Both the position numbers and the translations under genes were made by a program. From Thermoanaerobaculia bacterium (lineage in GTDB: Bacteria > Acidobacteriota > Thermoanaerobaculia > UBA5066), in the NCBI GenBank assembly GCA_038319835.1, contig JBBQDQ010000005.1, positions 1 through 56,397 of the forward strand: 56,397 nucleotides of DNA. The letters are read 5' to 3'. Positions 1 to 9,625 of this stretch are shown one piece after another (position 1 is the first letter of the stretch; each line of letters starts with the position of its first letter). Below the pieces are notes generated by a model. That model ran no database searches. It was not told the DNA's origin and saw nothing but the letters and a program-made list of their open reading frames with translations.

Positions 1-161
1 GGAAGCTCGAGCGCCCGCGCCCCGAGCGCATGCCCCTCGCCCCCGAGCGCGCGGGCGACCCGTCGCGCTGGGTCAGCCTGCGAGCGCTCACGATCCTTCA
101 GCACTTCCGTGGGCTCGAGGTCCCCGGCACGGCCCCGGCCCGAAGGGCCCCACGAAAATGA
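1..161 (+). CDS. 3' end of a protein running in from the left edge; tail resembles prenyltransferase/squalene-cyclase-repeat-like hypothetical proteins
   Basis: Open frame from nt 3: KLERPRPERMPLAPERAGDPSRWVSLRALTILQHF...RK*. The TGA at 159-161 overlaps the ATG at 158 of the next gene. Confidence 0.55.
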   Translation, partial: KLERPRPERMPLAPERAGDPSRWVSLRALTILQHFRGLEVPGTAPARRAPRK

Positions 162-787
162 GACGTCCGCGTGCAGCCGCCCTCGCCGTCTGCGTCGCTC
201 TCGCCGCAGTCGCCGCGCTCACCGGGTGCTGGTCCGACCCGGTCGGCGGGCCCAATCGCGCGGCTACGCATGGCTACCGCGCGCGCGTGACCCTCAAGAC
301 GGACGGCCTCGAGACGGACTCGTACGAGATCGCCGTGCGCGGAGACCTCCGCCGCAAGGGCCTCGGAGACGGCCCCGCGCTCGTCCTCGACACGGCGGCG
401 AGGAAGGCGTGGCGCCTCGCGGCCGGCGGGAAAACCGCGACGCCCGTGGACTTCGCCGCAGCGGAGAAAGAGATGCCGGCCGGGATCCCCCTCGCGACCG
501 GCTTCGACGAGAAGAAGGAAGCCGCGCGGCGGAACCTCACCGTCTACCACCGCGAGAGCGACGAGGTCTTCGCGGGCCATGCCTGCGCGATCTGGCGCTT
601 CGACGACGATCCGTCCGCGCTGAACTCGCCGATGACGACTTACTGGGTCGCCACGGACCTCGACGGCCTCGTCGTGAGGTACGAGCGGGAGCTCCCGTCG
701 CCCGGCGGCAAGGGGACGAAGATGGTGATCAACCTCACGGACGTACGGGTCGGGGCCCTCCCGAAGCTGTTCACCTCGACTTCCTGA
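158..787 (+). CDS. Lipoprotein of unknown function (possibly DUF4412/LolA-like beta fold)
   Basis: Signal peptide ending in lipobox LTGC; segments GHACAIW and YWVATDLDGLVVRY; GC3-rich codons. Confidence 0.7.
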   Translation: MRRPRAAALAVCVALAAVAALTGCWSDPVGGPNRAATHGYRARVTLKTDGLETDSYEIAVRGDLRRKGLGDGPALVLDTAARKAWRLAAGGKTATPVDFAAAEKEMPAGIPLATGFDEKKEAARRNLTVYHRESDEVFAGHACAIWRFDDDPSALNSPMTTYWVATDLDGLVVRYERELPSPGGKGTKMVINLTDVRVGALPKLFTSTS

Positions 788-860
788 GACACGGGCTCAG
801 CTCCGCTGCTATGCTCCACGCCCTCCGGTGCGCCGGAGGATTCCTTCGAGGAGTGTTCGC

Positions 861-1715
861 ATGAAACCCACCAGAACTCTCGCGGCCGCGCTCGCCGTCT
901 TCGCGCTCGCCCTTCCGGGCTTCGCCGAGACCCCGAAGGACCCGAAGTCGCCGATTCCCGGTCTGCCTGACGGCCGCGGCCCTTCGGGTCCGGTCACGCT
1001 CAAGATCGGGTCGCCGAAGGCGGACGAGGTCATCGCGATCCCGCCGGCCGCGGCCGGCCAGCCCGCCGCGACGGGCGCGCCCGTGGAGGTCAAGATCGAG
1101 CTCGCGGGCTACGAGACGTTCCAGGATCCGGCCACGAAGACCGGCCAGTACGTCGCGCTCGTGCTCGACAACTTCCCGACGGTCTTCGCCTATTACGACG
1201 TCGCCAAGCCGTGGCTCTTCAAGAGGATTCCGAAGGGCACTCACACGCTCCGCGCCTTCCCGGTGCGGCCGTGGGGCGAGTCTCTGAAGGACGACACCGC
1301 GTTCGCGACGGTCACGTTTCACGTCGGCGAGAAGGACGGGAAGAACGTGAACGGGCCGGGCGTGCCCTACCTCACGGTCGTGTCTCCGCGCGGCAAGGTG
1401 AAGGGCGAGACCGGAAGGGTCCTCCTCGACTTCCTCGTCACAGGCTGCCCGATCGCCGAGAAGACGGCCAGCCCCGAGAGCTGCCGCGTGCGGTACAAGA
1501 TCGACACGGAGAAGGAAGTCACGCTCGCGAAGGAACAGAGTGTGTGGCTCGAGGGCGTCGCGCCCGGCAAGCACGCGTGGGTCGTCGGGATCACGAAGGA
1601 CGACAAGGTCGTGCCCGGCACCTTCACCCTCGCGCAGGGTTCGTTCGAGCTCGAGGCTTCGGGGAACCCCGCCGCGCCCGCCGCGGCGCCGCAGGGAAAA
1701 GCCACCGGCCAGTAA
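861..1715 (+). CDS. Secreted beta-rich hypothetical protein
   Basis: SD GAGGAG before ATG 861; signal peptide MKPTRTLAAALAVFALALPGFA; conserved-looking GTHTLRAFPVRPWGESLK. Confidence 0.75.
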   Translation: MKPTRTLAAALAVFALALPGFAETPKDPKSPIPGLPDGRGPSGPVTLKIGSPKADEVIAIPPAAAGQPAATGAPVEVKIELAGYETFQDPATKTGQYVALVLDNFPTVFAYYDVAKPWLFKRIPKGTHTLRAFPVRPWGESLKDDTAFATVTFHVGEKDGKNVNGPGVPYLTVVSPRGKVKGETGRVLLDFLVTGCPIAEKTASPESCRVRYKIDTEKEVTLAKEQSVWLEGVAPGKHAWVVGITKDDKVVPGTFTLAQGSFELEASGNPAAPAAAPQGKATGQ

Positions 1716-1726
1716 AATCCCGTTCC

Positions 1727-2737
1727 ATGAGCCTGGTCTACGGCGGCGCGGGAACCCGTCCCTGCTTCGTCGATCCCCCCCTCGTCCTCGCGCCCATGGC
1801 GGGGATCACGGACATGACGTACCGGCTGCTCCTGCGCCGGATCGGAGGGGTGGGACTCGTCACGATGGAGTTCGTGTCGTCCGAGGGGCTCACGCGCGGC
1901 AACAAGCGGACGGCGCGCCTCCTGCGCTGGGACCCGGCCGAGCGCCCGCTCTCCGTTCAGATCTACGGGGCGGACGCGGAGCGGATGTCGGTCGCGGCGT
2001 CGCTCGTCGAGGAGATGCAGGTCGACGCCTGCGACATCAACATGGGCTGCCCCGCGAACAAGATCCTCAAGGGCTGCGCGGGAGCCGGCCTCATGCGCGA
2101 CCTGTCCCGGGCGCGCGCGATCGTCGCGGCGTGCCGCAAGGCGCTCCCGACGACGCCCTTGACGGTGAAGTTCCGGCTCGGCATCAACGACCAGACGGAG
2201 AACTACCTCGAACTCGGACGCATCTGCGAGGGCGAGGGCGTCGCGGCCGTCGCGCTCCACGCCCGGACCGCAAAGCAGATGTACACGGGCCGTGCGGACT
2301 GGTCGAAGATCGCGCGCCTCAAGGAAGCCGTGTCGATCCCGGTCGTCGGGAACGGCGACGTGAACACCGCTGACGACGTCGCCGCCATGTTCCGCCAGAC
2401 GGGCTGCGACGCCGTGATGTGCGGCCGCGCGACGATGAAGAACCCTTGGATCTTCAAGCAGGCCGCCGAGCTCCTCGCGGGCCGGCCCTGGCGCGAGGCG
2501 ACGCTCGCCGAACGGCGGGACGTGATCCTCGAGCACTTCCGCCTCATCCAGCGCGACCAGTCGGACGCGCCCAAGGCCATGATGTCGAAGCTCCGGACGT
2601 TCACGTCGTGGTACACGCACGGCCTGCCGAACGGCTCGGATCTGCGCCGCCGGATCGCGAGCCTCGAGAGCCCGCAGGCGTTTCGTGACGCCGTCGAGGA
2701 GTTCTTCGAGACGCACGCGGCGAGAGTCGCGGCCTGA
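1727..2737 (+). CDS. dusB: tRNA-dihydrouridine synthase (DusB/NifR3 type)
   Basis: LAPMAGITD, DINMGCP, VALHART, PVVGNGDV, AVMCGR motifs. Confidence 0.92.
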   Translation: MSLVYGGAGTRPCFVDPPLVLAPMAGITDMTYRLLLRRIGGVGLVTMEFVSSEGLTRGNKRTARLLRWDPAERPLSVQIYGADAERMSVAASLVEEMQVDACDINMGCPANKILKGCAGAGLMRDLSRARAIVAACRKALPTTPLTVKFRLGINDQTENYLELGRICEGEGVAAVALHARTAKQMYTGRADWSKIARLKEAVSIPVVGNGDVNTADDVAAMFRQTGCDAVMCGRATMKNPWIFKQAAELLAGRPWREATLAERRDVILEHFRLIQRDQSDAPKAMMSKLRTFTSWYTHGLPNGSDLRRRIASLESPQAFRDAVEEFFETHAARVAA

Positions 2738-2763
2738 GGGCTCGCGCGCGGCGGCGTGAACCC

Positions 2764-4194
2764 TCAGTACGTCTTCGGCTTCGCGTCCGGCGCGAGCGGG
2801 CTCACGTAGGGCTTCCCGGCCGTCGCCTTCGCGAACTCGGTCCTCGCGGCGGCGACCGCCGCGGGATCCGTCAGGAGATCCGTCGTCGATGCGGCGAGGA
2901 TCTTGGCCGCGACGAGCATGCCCTTGACGCCGATCGGGCTCGCCGCGCACGAGGCGACGTCCCAGTGGTGCCACGGCGCGCCGGTCGGAGCCGTCTGAAC
3001 GCCGAGCTCGATGAGCGGGTAGGCGGCGCTCACCTCGCCGATGTCGGACGAGGCGCTGACCCCGCGGCCGGGCGCCCAGGGCAGGACGGCGCGGGAGAGG
3101 CCCTTCTCCGGAATCCCGACCTCCTTCTGGATCGCCTTCGCGAGCGCCTCGTCGGCCGCGTCCCACTTCGGCGGCCCGACGCGGTCGAGCTCCTTCTGGA
3201 CGAGCCTCGAGAGCGTCTCGTTGTAGAGCGGCTCGCGCGTCGACGCGAGAATCGTGACCTTCGACGATGTCTCCGTCGCGAGGCCGGCCCCGTCCGCGGC
3301 CTTCCGCAGGCGGCCGATCATCTCGTTCACGCGCTCGCCGTTCGTGTCGCGCACGAACCATTGCACGCGGGCGTAGTCCGCAATGATGTTCGCGGCGAGG
3401 CCGCCGTCCTTGATGACGCGGTGGAGGCGCGCCGTGGGCAGCACGTGTTCGCGCATGAGCGACATGGCGTGCTCGAAGACTTCCACGGCGTCGACGGAGC
3501 TGCGGCCCATCCACGGATTTGCCGCCGCGTGCGCCGTCTTTCCGAAGAACTCGACGTCGACGGCCGTGATCGCGAGGCGTCCGCCGGAGACGAGATAGCT
3601 TTCGGCCTCCGGGTGCCACGAGAGGACCGCGTCCGTCCCCGCGAAGACGCCGTCGCGCAGCATGAAGGTCTTGCCGAGGATCTGCTCCTCGGCGGGCGTT
3701 CCGAAGACCCGGATCGTGCCGGGGAGCTTGCGGGCGATGCGGTCGCGATTTGCGGCGACGCCGGCGGCGACCGCTGCGGTTCCGAGGAGGTTGTGGCCGC
3801 ACCCCTGGCCCGGCGCTCCCGCGACGGCGGGGGACTTCTTCGCCTCTCCCGCCTTCTGCGAGAGGCCCGGGAGGGCGTCGTACTCGGCGAGAATCGCGAC
3901 GACGGGCGCGCCCGAGCCCGCGGTCGCGACGAAGGCCGTCGGCATTCCCGCGACGCCGCGCGTGACGGTGAAGCCCTCCTTCTCGAGGATCTCCTCGAGG
4001 AGAGCCGCGGACTTCGTCTCGGCGAGGGCGGTCTCGGCGTAGTCCCAGATCTTCCGGGATGCGTCCTCCCAGCGCGACGCCGTCGCGTCCAGGTAGGCGT
4101 CGGTGGCGACGGGAACCGCCGCCGGGGCGGCGGGAGCCGCCGCGAGGACGAGGCCGAGGGCGAGGGCGGCGAGGCTGCGGAAGGGAACTTGCAT
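2764..4194 (-). CDS. Secreted M20 amidohydrolase (AbgB-like)
   Basis: AEYDALPGL, GCGHNLLG, GTPAEE, HAAANPW, SSDIGEVS motifs; signal peptide; SD GGAGG before ATG 4194. Confidence 0.88.
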   Translation of the reverse strand: MQVPFRSLAALALGLVLAAAPAAPAAVPVATDAYLDATASRWEDASRKIWDYAETALAETKSAALLEEILEKEGFTVTRGVAGMPTAFVATAGSGAPVVAILAEYDALPGLSQKAGEAKKSPAVAGAPGQGCGHNLLGTAAVAAGVAANRDRIARKLPGTIRVFGTPAEEQILGKTFMLRDGVFAGTDAVLSWHPEAESYLVSGGRLAITAVDVEFFGKTAHAAANPWMGRSSVDAVEVFEHAMSLMREHVLPTARLHRVIKDGGLAANIIADYARVQWFVRDTNGERVNEMIGRLRKAADGAGLATETSSKVTILASTREPLYNETLSRLVQKELDRVGPPKWDAADEALAKAIQKEVGIPEKGLSRAVLPWAPGRGVSASSDIGEVSAAYPLIELGVQTAPTGAPWHHWDVASCAASPIGVKGMLVAAKILAASTTDLLTDPAAVAAARTEFAKATAGKPYVSPLAPDAKPKTY

Positions 4195-4250
4195 CGGGCG
4201 CCTCCGAGCGGGGGATGTGTCGCTTGAGGAAGACAGCATACGATGTCGGA

Positions 4251-6158
4251 ATGCGAAAGAGTCTCGCACTGGCCCTGAGTCTCCTCGCTCTCGCCGGAGG
4301 CGCCCTCGGGCAGCCGGCTCCTCCGGCGGACGCCCAGAAGAGCCGGATCGACGCGCCCGGCATCTCGATCCCGCTCGAGGTGAGGGAGCAGTACCTCGGC
4401 AAGACGGGTGGGAAGACGGCCGTCAGGTTCGTCCTGACCGTCAACCGGGCTGACTTGAGGGGCCCGGGGAGCACGCCGAAGCTCGTCTCGTTCCTGCTCT
4501 CGGGCGTCGTGAACGACGCGAAGGGCGCGAACGTCGACGCCTTCCGCATTCCCGCGGACGTCGACCTCGGCGCGGACGCGGGCAAGCCCGTCTCGATCTC
4601 GTTCCTCAGGCCCCTCCCTCCCGGGACGTACGAAGTCCAGTTCCGGCTGGAGGGCGCCGCCGGCCGGGCCATCGGGACGAAGGCCGTGTCGATCACGGTC
4701 CCGGCGATGTCGTCGGAGTTCCGCGCCGAGGACGCCGGGACCGACACGGCGGGGCTTCCGAGCGCCGCCGCCGTCATCCTCGAGTCGGAGAACCGGCAAG
4801 CCGCACCGCCGAACGCGGGGAATCTCGTGAAGATCCTCGCGCCGGAGACGGAGGTCCCCGTCGGCCTCCTCCGGGTCGGCTGCGAGGTGAAGCCTCCGGT
4901 CACCCGCATCGAGTTCTGGCTCGAGGACAAGAAGATCCTCGTCAAGAACCGCGCGCCCTACGAGGTCGAGCTGGACCTCGGGAAGGTCCCGAAGCGGCAG
5001 ACGCTCAAGGCGCTCGGTTTCGACGCGCAGGGCAACTTCGTCGACGCGGACGCCTGGGCGATCAACGAGAAGGATGCGCGCCTGTCGGTCCGCCTCATGG
5101 AGCTTCCGAAGAACAAGTCCGCGGGCGACCTCGTCGAGCTGAAGATCGCGGTCCAGTCCATGGCGGGGGGCGCGGCGACGAAGCTCGAGCTCTACCTCGA
5201 CGACCGGAAGGTCAAGGAGTGGTCGCACCCCCCGTACGTCGTCATGGTCCCGGTCGCGCAGATCCAGAAGGCGACGCTCATGCGCGCGACGGCCACGGAC
5301 GAGGAAGGCAAGGAGTTCACGGACATCAAGCTCCTCAAGGGCGAGTCGCGCTTCATGTCGAAGGTCGAAGTCGACCTCGTCGAGCTGCCCGTCTCCGTCT
5401 ACGACGCGGAGAGCCGCCTCGTAAAGGGCCTCGCGAAGGAGGACTTCACGGTGACCGAGGACGGCGTGAGGCAGGAGCTCACGAGCTTCGAGTTCGCCGA
5501 GTCCCTCCCGCTCTCCCTCGGGATCCTGATCGACGGCTCCGGCTCGATGAAGGACGCGATGCCGATCGTCCACCAGGCAGCGTCGGAGTTCGTCCAGAAG
5601 CTCGTGTCCAAGGAGAAGGACCAGGGCTTCGTGATCGAGTTCCGCGAGCGGCCGGCGCTGCTGGCGGCCCTCTCGCACCGGGCGACGGACCTGGAGCGCG
5701 CGATCGCCGAGACGCACGCGAACGGCGCGACCGCGCTCTACGACGCGGTCGTGATGGCGCTTTACCAGTTCCGCGCGACGCCCGGGCGCAAGGCCGTCGT
5801 CTGCCTCACGGACGGGGACGACAACCACTCCTGGACGGACTACGCGACTCTGCGGCGCTATGCGCGCTCGGCCGGCGTCCCGATCTACTTCATCGGCCTG
5901 AACATCTCGTTTCTCGACCGTGGGATCAAGGGGCGGATGACCGAGCTCGCCGCCGACACGGGCGCCGAGGCGTTCTTCGTGAGCAAGGCGTCGGCGTTGC
6001 CCGAGGTCTACAGGAAGATCGAGACGGAGCTGCGCTCCCAGTACTTCCTGCGCTACCTCACGAACTCGCAGAAGGGCGAGAACCAGTTCCGCGCGATCGA
6101 CGTGAAGCTCAAGGACCCGAAGCTGCGCGCCAAGACGATTAGAGGCTACTTCCCGTGA
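4251..6158 (+). CDS. Secreted VWA-domain protein (Acidobacterial VWFA-related type) with N-terminal Ig-like regions
   Basis: Signal peptide; VDLVELPVSVYD...GLAKEDFTVTEDG; MIDAS DGSGSM, TALYDAV, LTDGDD; C-terminal RGYFP. Confidence 0.88.
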   Translation: MRKSLALALSLLALAGGALGQPAPPADAQKSRIDAPGISIPLEVREQYLGKTGGKTAVRFVLTVNRADLRGPGSTPKLVSFLLSGVVNDAKGANVDAFRIPADVDLGADAGKPVSISFLRPLPPGTYEVQFRLEGAAGRAIGTKAVSITVPAMSSEFRAEDAGTDTAGLPSAAAVILESENRQAAPPNAGNLVKILAPETEVPVGLLRVGCEVKPPVTRIEFWLEDKKILVKNRAPYEVELDLGKVPKRQTLKALGFDAQGNFVDADAWAINEKDARLSVRLMELPKNKSAGDLVELKIAVQSMAGGAATKLELYLDDRKVKEWSHPPYVVMVPVAQIQKATLMRATATDEEGKEFTDIKLLKGESRFMSKVEVDLVELPVSVYDAESRLVKGLAKEDFTVTEDGVRQELTSFEFAESLPLSLGILIDGSGSMKDAMPIVHQAASEFVQKLVSKEKDQGFVIEFRERPALLAALSHRATDLERAIAETHANGATALYDAVVMALYQFRATPGRKAVVCLTDGDDNHSWTDYATLRRYARSAGVPIYFIGLNISFLDRGIKGRMTELAADTGAEAFFVSKASALPEVYRKIETELRSQYFLRYLTNSQKGENQFRAIDVKLKDPKLRAKTIRGYFP

Positions 6159-7005
6159 CGGTCCGGGCGACGGCGGCCGTGTGCGCCGCCGTCGTCCCGC
6201 AGCAGCCGCCGACGAGGCGGGCGCCGCTCGCGACCCACTGCATCGCGAGCATCGCGTAGATCCCGGGCGGGACGGGATCCGCGAAGACGTTCCCGTACGC
6301 CGCGAGCGGGACTCCGGGCGCCGCCGCCGCGAGCCGCGTGAGGTCGCCCGCGAGCCGTCGTGCCGGGACGCAGTTGACTCCGAGGGCGTCGGGCGGCGAG
6401 GGCAGGGCCAGAAGGACGCGCGCGAAATCCTCGATCGGCTCGCCGGACAGGAGGCTCCCGCGCCCGTCGGTCACGCAGGAGACGACGACGGGCAGCCCCG
6501 TCTCCGCCGCCGCTCGCGCCGCGGTGGCGGCCTCGCGGACGGTGTTCATCGTCTCGACGAGGATGAGGTCGACGCCCGCCTTCGCCAGCGCCGAAGCCAT
6601 TGCGCGGTGCCCGGAGGAAGTCTCTTCATCGGAGGGGACCCGATCAGGCCGGTAGCAGTCTTCCAGAGGGGCCAGCGACCCGGCTATCCAGCGGCCGTTG
6701 AAGATTTTCTTGGAAGGGTGTGTGGCGCCTACCGCTCGAGCGATGAGCTCGCGGTTTGATCCTCCTGCGTTTCTCCAATGCAGCCGGAAGCTCGCGATCG
6801 TCAGGACGTTCGCCCCCGCCTCTGCGTTCTCGCGGTGGATCGTTTCGACGAGCTCCGGCGCGTCGAGGAGGGCCTGTGCGCTCCAGAGGGGGGTCTGAAG
6901 GAGGGCGCCCCTGGCGAGGAGGTCCGTCCCGAGGGCCGCGTCGAGGACGAGCGGCGGCCCCGAGCGGAGTCTTTCGCGGAAATCCGGGGCGGGTGGGCTG
7001 GGCAC
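6139..7005 (-). CDS. Homocysteine S-methyltransferase family protein
   Basis: LDAALGT, GSLAPLEDCY, DLILVETM, GVNC, GGCCGT zinc motifs. GTG start at 7005 inferred; 3' end overlaps the convergent VWA gene. Confidence 0.85.
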   Translation of the reverse strand: MPSPPAPDFRERLRSGPPLVLDAALGTDLLARGALLQTPLWSAQALLDAPELVETIHRENAEAGANVLTIASFRLHWRNAGGSNRELIARAVGATHPSKKIFNGRWIAGSLAPLEDCYRPDRVPSDEETSSGHRAMASALAKAGVDLILVETMNTVREAATAARAAAETGLPVVVSCVTDGRGSLLSGEPIEDFARVLLALPSPPDALGVNCVPARRLAGDLTRLAAAAPGVPLAAYGNVFADPVPPGIYAMLAMQWVASGARLVGGCCGTTAAHTAAVARTVTGSSL

Positions 7006-7057
7006 GGCGGGCTCCCGGAAAGGAGGATATCGGGTCGCCCTGCTAGCATTCCGGACC

Positions 7058-7855
7058 ATGGCAAGTCGCTCGTGGGCCCTCGTCCTCGGGGCCTCTTCCG
7101 GATTCGGGGAGGGCGCGTCCCTCGCGCTCGCCCGCGCGGGGAGGAACGTGTTCGGCGTCCACCTCGACCGCAAGGCGACCCAGCCCAACGTCGACCGCAT
7201 CACGGCGGAGATCGCAGCCGCCGGGGCGCGGCCGGTCTACTTCAACATGAACGCCGCGGACGACGCGAATCGGACCGGGGCGATCGCCGAGATGGGGAAG
7301 GTCCTCGACGCCGAGGGCCACCGGGCCGGGATCGATGTCGTCCTCCACTCCCTCGCGTTCGGGACGCTCAAGCCGTTCCTGACGGAGAGCCCGGCGGACC
7401 GGATCAACCGCACGCAGATGGACATGACGCTCGACGTCATGGCCCACTCGCTCGTCTACTGGGTGCAGGACCTCCTCTCGGCCGGCCTCATGGCCGAGGG
7501 CGGGCACGTCTTCGCGATGACGTCCTCGGGCGGCCACCGGATCTGGCAGTCCTACGGCGCCGTCTCCGCCGCCAAAGCGGCCCTCGAGAGCCACTGCCGC
7601 CAGCTCGCCGTCGAGCTCGTGACCCGCAAGATCGCCGTCAACGCGATTCGCGCTGGCGTCACGGACACCCCCGCGCTGCGCAAGATCCCGGGCAACGCCG
7701 GAATGATCGAGCGCTGCCTCGCGATTCATCCCGCCGGCCGTCTCACGACCCCGGCGGACGTCGCGAACGTGATCGTCGCGCTCTCGCGGCCCGACACGGT
7801 CTGGCTGACGGGCAACGTGCTCGGCGTCGACGGCACGGAAGACGTGATCGGCTGA
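7058..7855 (+). CDS. SDR oxidoreductase, FabL/FabI-like enoyl-ACP reductase
   Basis: GASSGFG, YGAVSAAKAALE, VNAIRAGVTDTPAL. Confidence 0.85.
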   Translation: MASRSWALVLGASSGFGEGASLALARAGRNVFGVHLDRKATQPNVDRITAEIAAAGARPVYFNMNAADDANRTGAIAEMGKVLDAEGHRAGIDVVLHSLAFGTLKPFLTESPADRINRTQMDMTLDVMAHSLVYWVQDLLSAGLMAEGGHVFAMTSSGGHRIWQSYGAVSAAKAALESHCRQLAVELVTRKIAVNAIRAGVTDTPALRKIPGNAGMIERCLAIHPAGRLTTPADVANVIVALSRPDTVWLTGNVLGVDGTEDVIG

Positions 7856-7863
7856 GGCCGGCG

Positions 7864-8685
7864 ATGAAGAACGCGCGTCTCCTGTCCACGGCCGCCTGCG
7901 CGACGCTGTCGCTCGCGCTCATGGGGGCTTCCTGCGAGACCGTGCACCCGAAGGTGAAGGCGCAGTCGGACGTCCCGTCGGCCGGGAAGTTCCCACATGG
8001 GATCTTCGGCCGCTTCCTCGAAAAGGTCGTCCAGGACGGCCTCGTGGACTACGCGACGGCGTCCCTCGAGGCGTCGACCCTCGAGGAGTACCTCGCCGAG
8101 GTCGCGCGCGTCTCGCCCGACTCGCATCCGCACCTCTTTCCGACGGAGCCCGACCGGCTCGCGTACTGGATCAACGCCCACAACGCCTGCGCGATCCGCG
8201 GCGTCCTGAGGTTCAACCGGCCTCCCACCTTCAAGGACATCGACCACCGCTTCGACTCCGACACGAAGTACGTCCTGGGCGGGCACGACCTGTCGCTCAA
8301 CCAGATCGCGGCAATCGCCTACCGGAAGTTCACGGACGCGCGCGTGCACTTCGCTCTCGTGAGGGCGCGCCGCGGCGGGCCGCCGCTCGCGAAGGACCCC
8401 TGGGACGCGGCGGACCTCGAAGACCGGCTCGAGGCGGCCGCGAAGGCGTTCGTTGCCGACCCGCGCCACATCGACTGGAAGGCCCCCTCGCTGAAGGCGG
8501 GCTTCTCGCGCGTCATCCTCGATTTCCGGGGCGACTTCGAGCGCGAGGTCCCGTCCACCGTGTCGGGCGACCCGCGCCTCGTCGGGTCGATCAACCGGTG
8601 GCGCGAGCGCACGGACAAGGTGAACGCGACGACGATCTACGCGATCCCGTTCGACGAGCGCCTGAACGACATTTCGAACCGATGA
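7864..8685 (+). CDS. DUF547-domain lipoprotein
   Basis: Lipobox GASC; DGLVDY, LAYWINAHNA, DARVHFAL...GPPL. Confidence 0.82.
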   Translation: MKNARLLSTAACATLSLALMGASCETVHPKVKAQSDVPSAGKFPHGIFGRFLEKVVQDGLVDYATASLEASTLEEYLAEVARVSPDSHPHLFPTEPDRLAYWINAHNACAIRGVLRFNRPPTFKDIDHRFDSDTKYVLGGHDLSLNQIAAIAYRKFTDARVHFALVRARRGGPPLAKDPWDAADLEDRLEAAAKAFVADPRHIDWKAPSLKAGFSRVILDFRGDFEREVPSTVSGDPRLVGSINRWRERTDKVNATTIYAIPFDERLNDISNR

Positions 8686-8697
8686 ACGCCTGAGCCG

Positions 8698-9618
8698 ATG
8701 CGCTTTCCGCGCCGCGCCGCCCCGGCCCTGCTCGCGGCCTTCGCGGCCGCGTGCGGAAGGCCGTCGGTCCGCGAGGCCGCGCCCACGCCCGCTCCCGCGG
8801 CGGCGCCGGCGCCTCCCGCTCTCGAAGGCGGGATCCCGCTCGCGCCGGGCCTCGTGCTTTCGCTCGTCCCGAACCTGCCGGGCGTGGACGGCGAGGACGT
8901 GCCCGACCTCGCGCGCCGCGAGGTGGAGGTCCTCGAGATCGGCAAGGGGAAGCTCCGCCTGAGGTGGACGGGGCAGGTGCGCGTCGAGAAGGCCGAATCT
9001 GCGCGCCGCCGCGAGGACTGGGTGCACGCGCGGGCGAACGCGCCGCACGCCGCGACGCCCGAACCGGCGATTCCGGCCGTCTACGAGACGCGCGAGGTCG
9101 GGGGCACGCTCTTCTTCCCGGACTTCGGGACCGCGGCGGAGCTGCTGCTCCCGGGCCTTTGGCCGGAGGGAAACGCGACGATCCCCGGCTCGACCGCGCT
9201 CTGGATCTCGCCGAACGCGCGGGCGGAGCTCAAGGGCGGCGGCAGCGCCTCGGTGCCGCTCGCCGCGTCGGCACCGTCGGCGCCGTCGCTGCGCGAGCCC
9301 GCCGCGATGCTCCTGCGCCGGGCCATCGACCTCTCCGCTGCGGCGCCGTCGGGGCGTCCGGGGGTCTGGACGGCCGGGCCGCCCGCCGCGTTCGGGCTAC
9401 GCCTCGACGGCGCGGACGTGACGGTCGAAGCGCTCGGGGCGCGCGACTGGCTCGCGGCCTACGCGGTGCTCGACGGAACGTCGCCGGCGCTCGTCCTCGC
9501 CGTGCTCCCGCAGCCGGCCAGCTCGCCGCTGGCGGACCTCTTCGCTCCCGCGCACACGCTGCGGAGCCTCCTCGGGTACCGCGTCGCCGAGGTCACGCGT
9601 CCGCGCGAGAAGAAATGA
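8698..9618 (+). CDS. Hypothetical lipoprotein
   Basis: Signal peptide with lipobox AAAC, Pro/Ala linker, in-operon position. Confidence 0.65.
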   Translation: MRFPRRAAPALLAAFAAACGRPSVREAAPTPAPAAAPAPPALEGGIPLAPGLVLSLVPNLPGVDGEDVPDLARREVEVLEIGKGKLRLRWTGQVRVEKAESARRREDWVHARANAPHAATPEPAIPAVYETREVGGTLFFPDFGTAAELLLPGLWPEGNATIPGSTALWISPNARAELKGGGSASVPLAASAPSAPSLREPAAMLLRRAIDLSAAAPSGRPGVWTAGPPAAFGLRLDGADVTVEALGARDWLAAYAVLDGTSPALVLAVLPQPASSPLADLFAPAHTLRSLLGYRVAEVTRPREKK

Positions 9619-9625
9619 GAAAGAC

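Noticed and set aside
1367-4945. Very long antisense or alternate-frame ORFs (also 28927-31968, 31984-34638, 38323-41595, 49632-51782)
   Set aside because: Arg/Pro/Gly-rich shadow frames or upstream extensions typical of high-GC DNA, overlapping well-supported genes.
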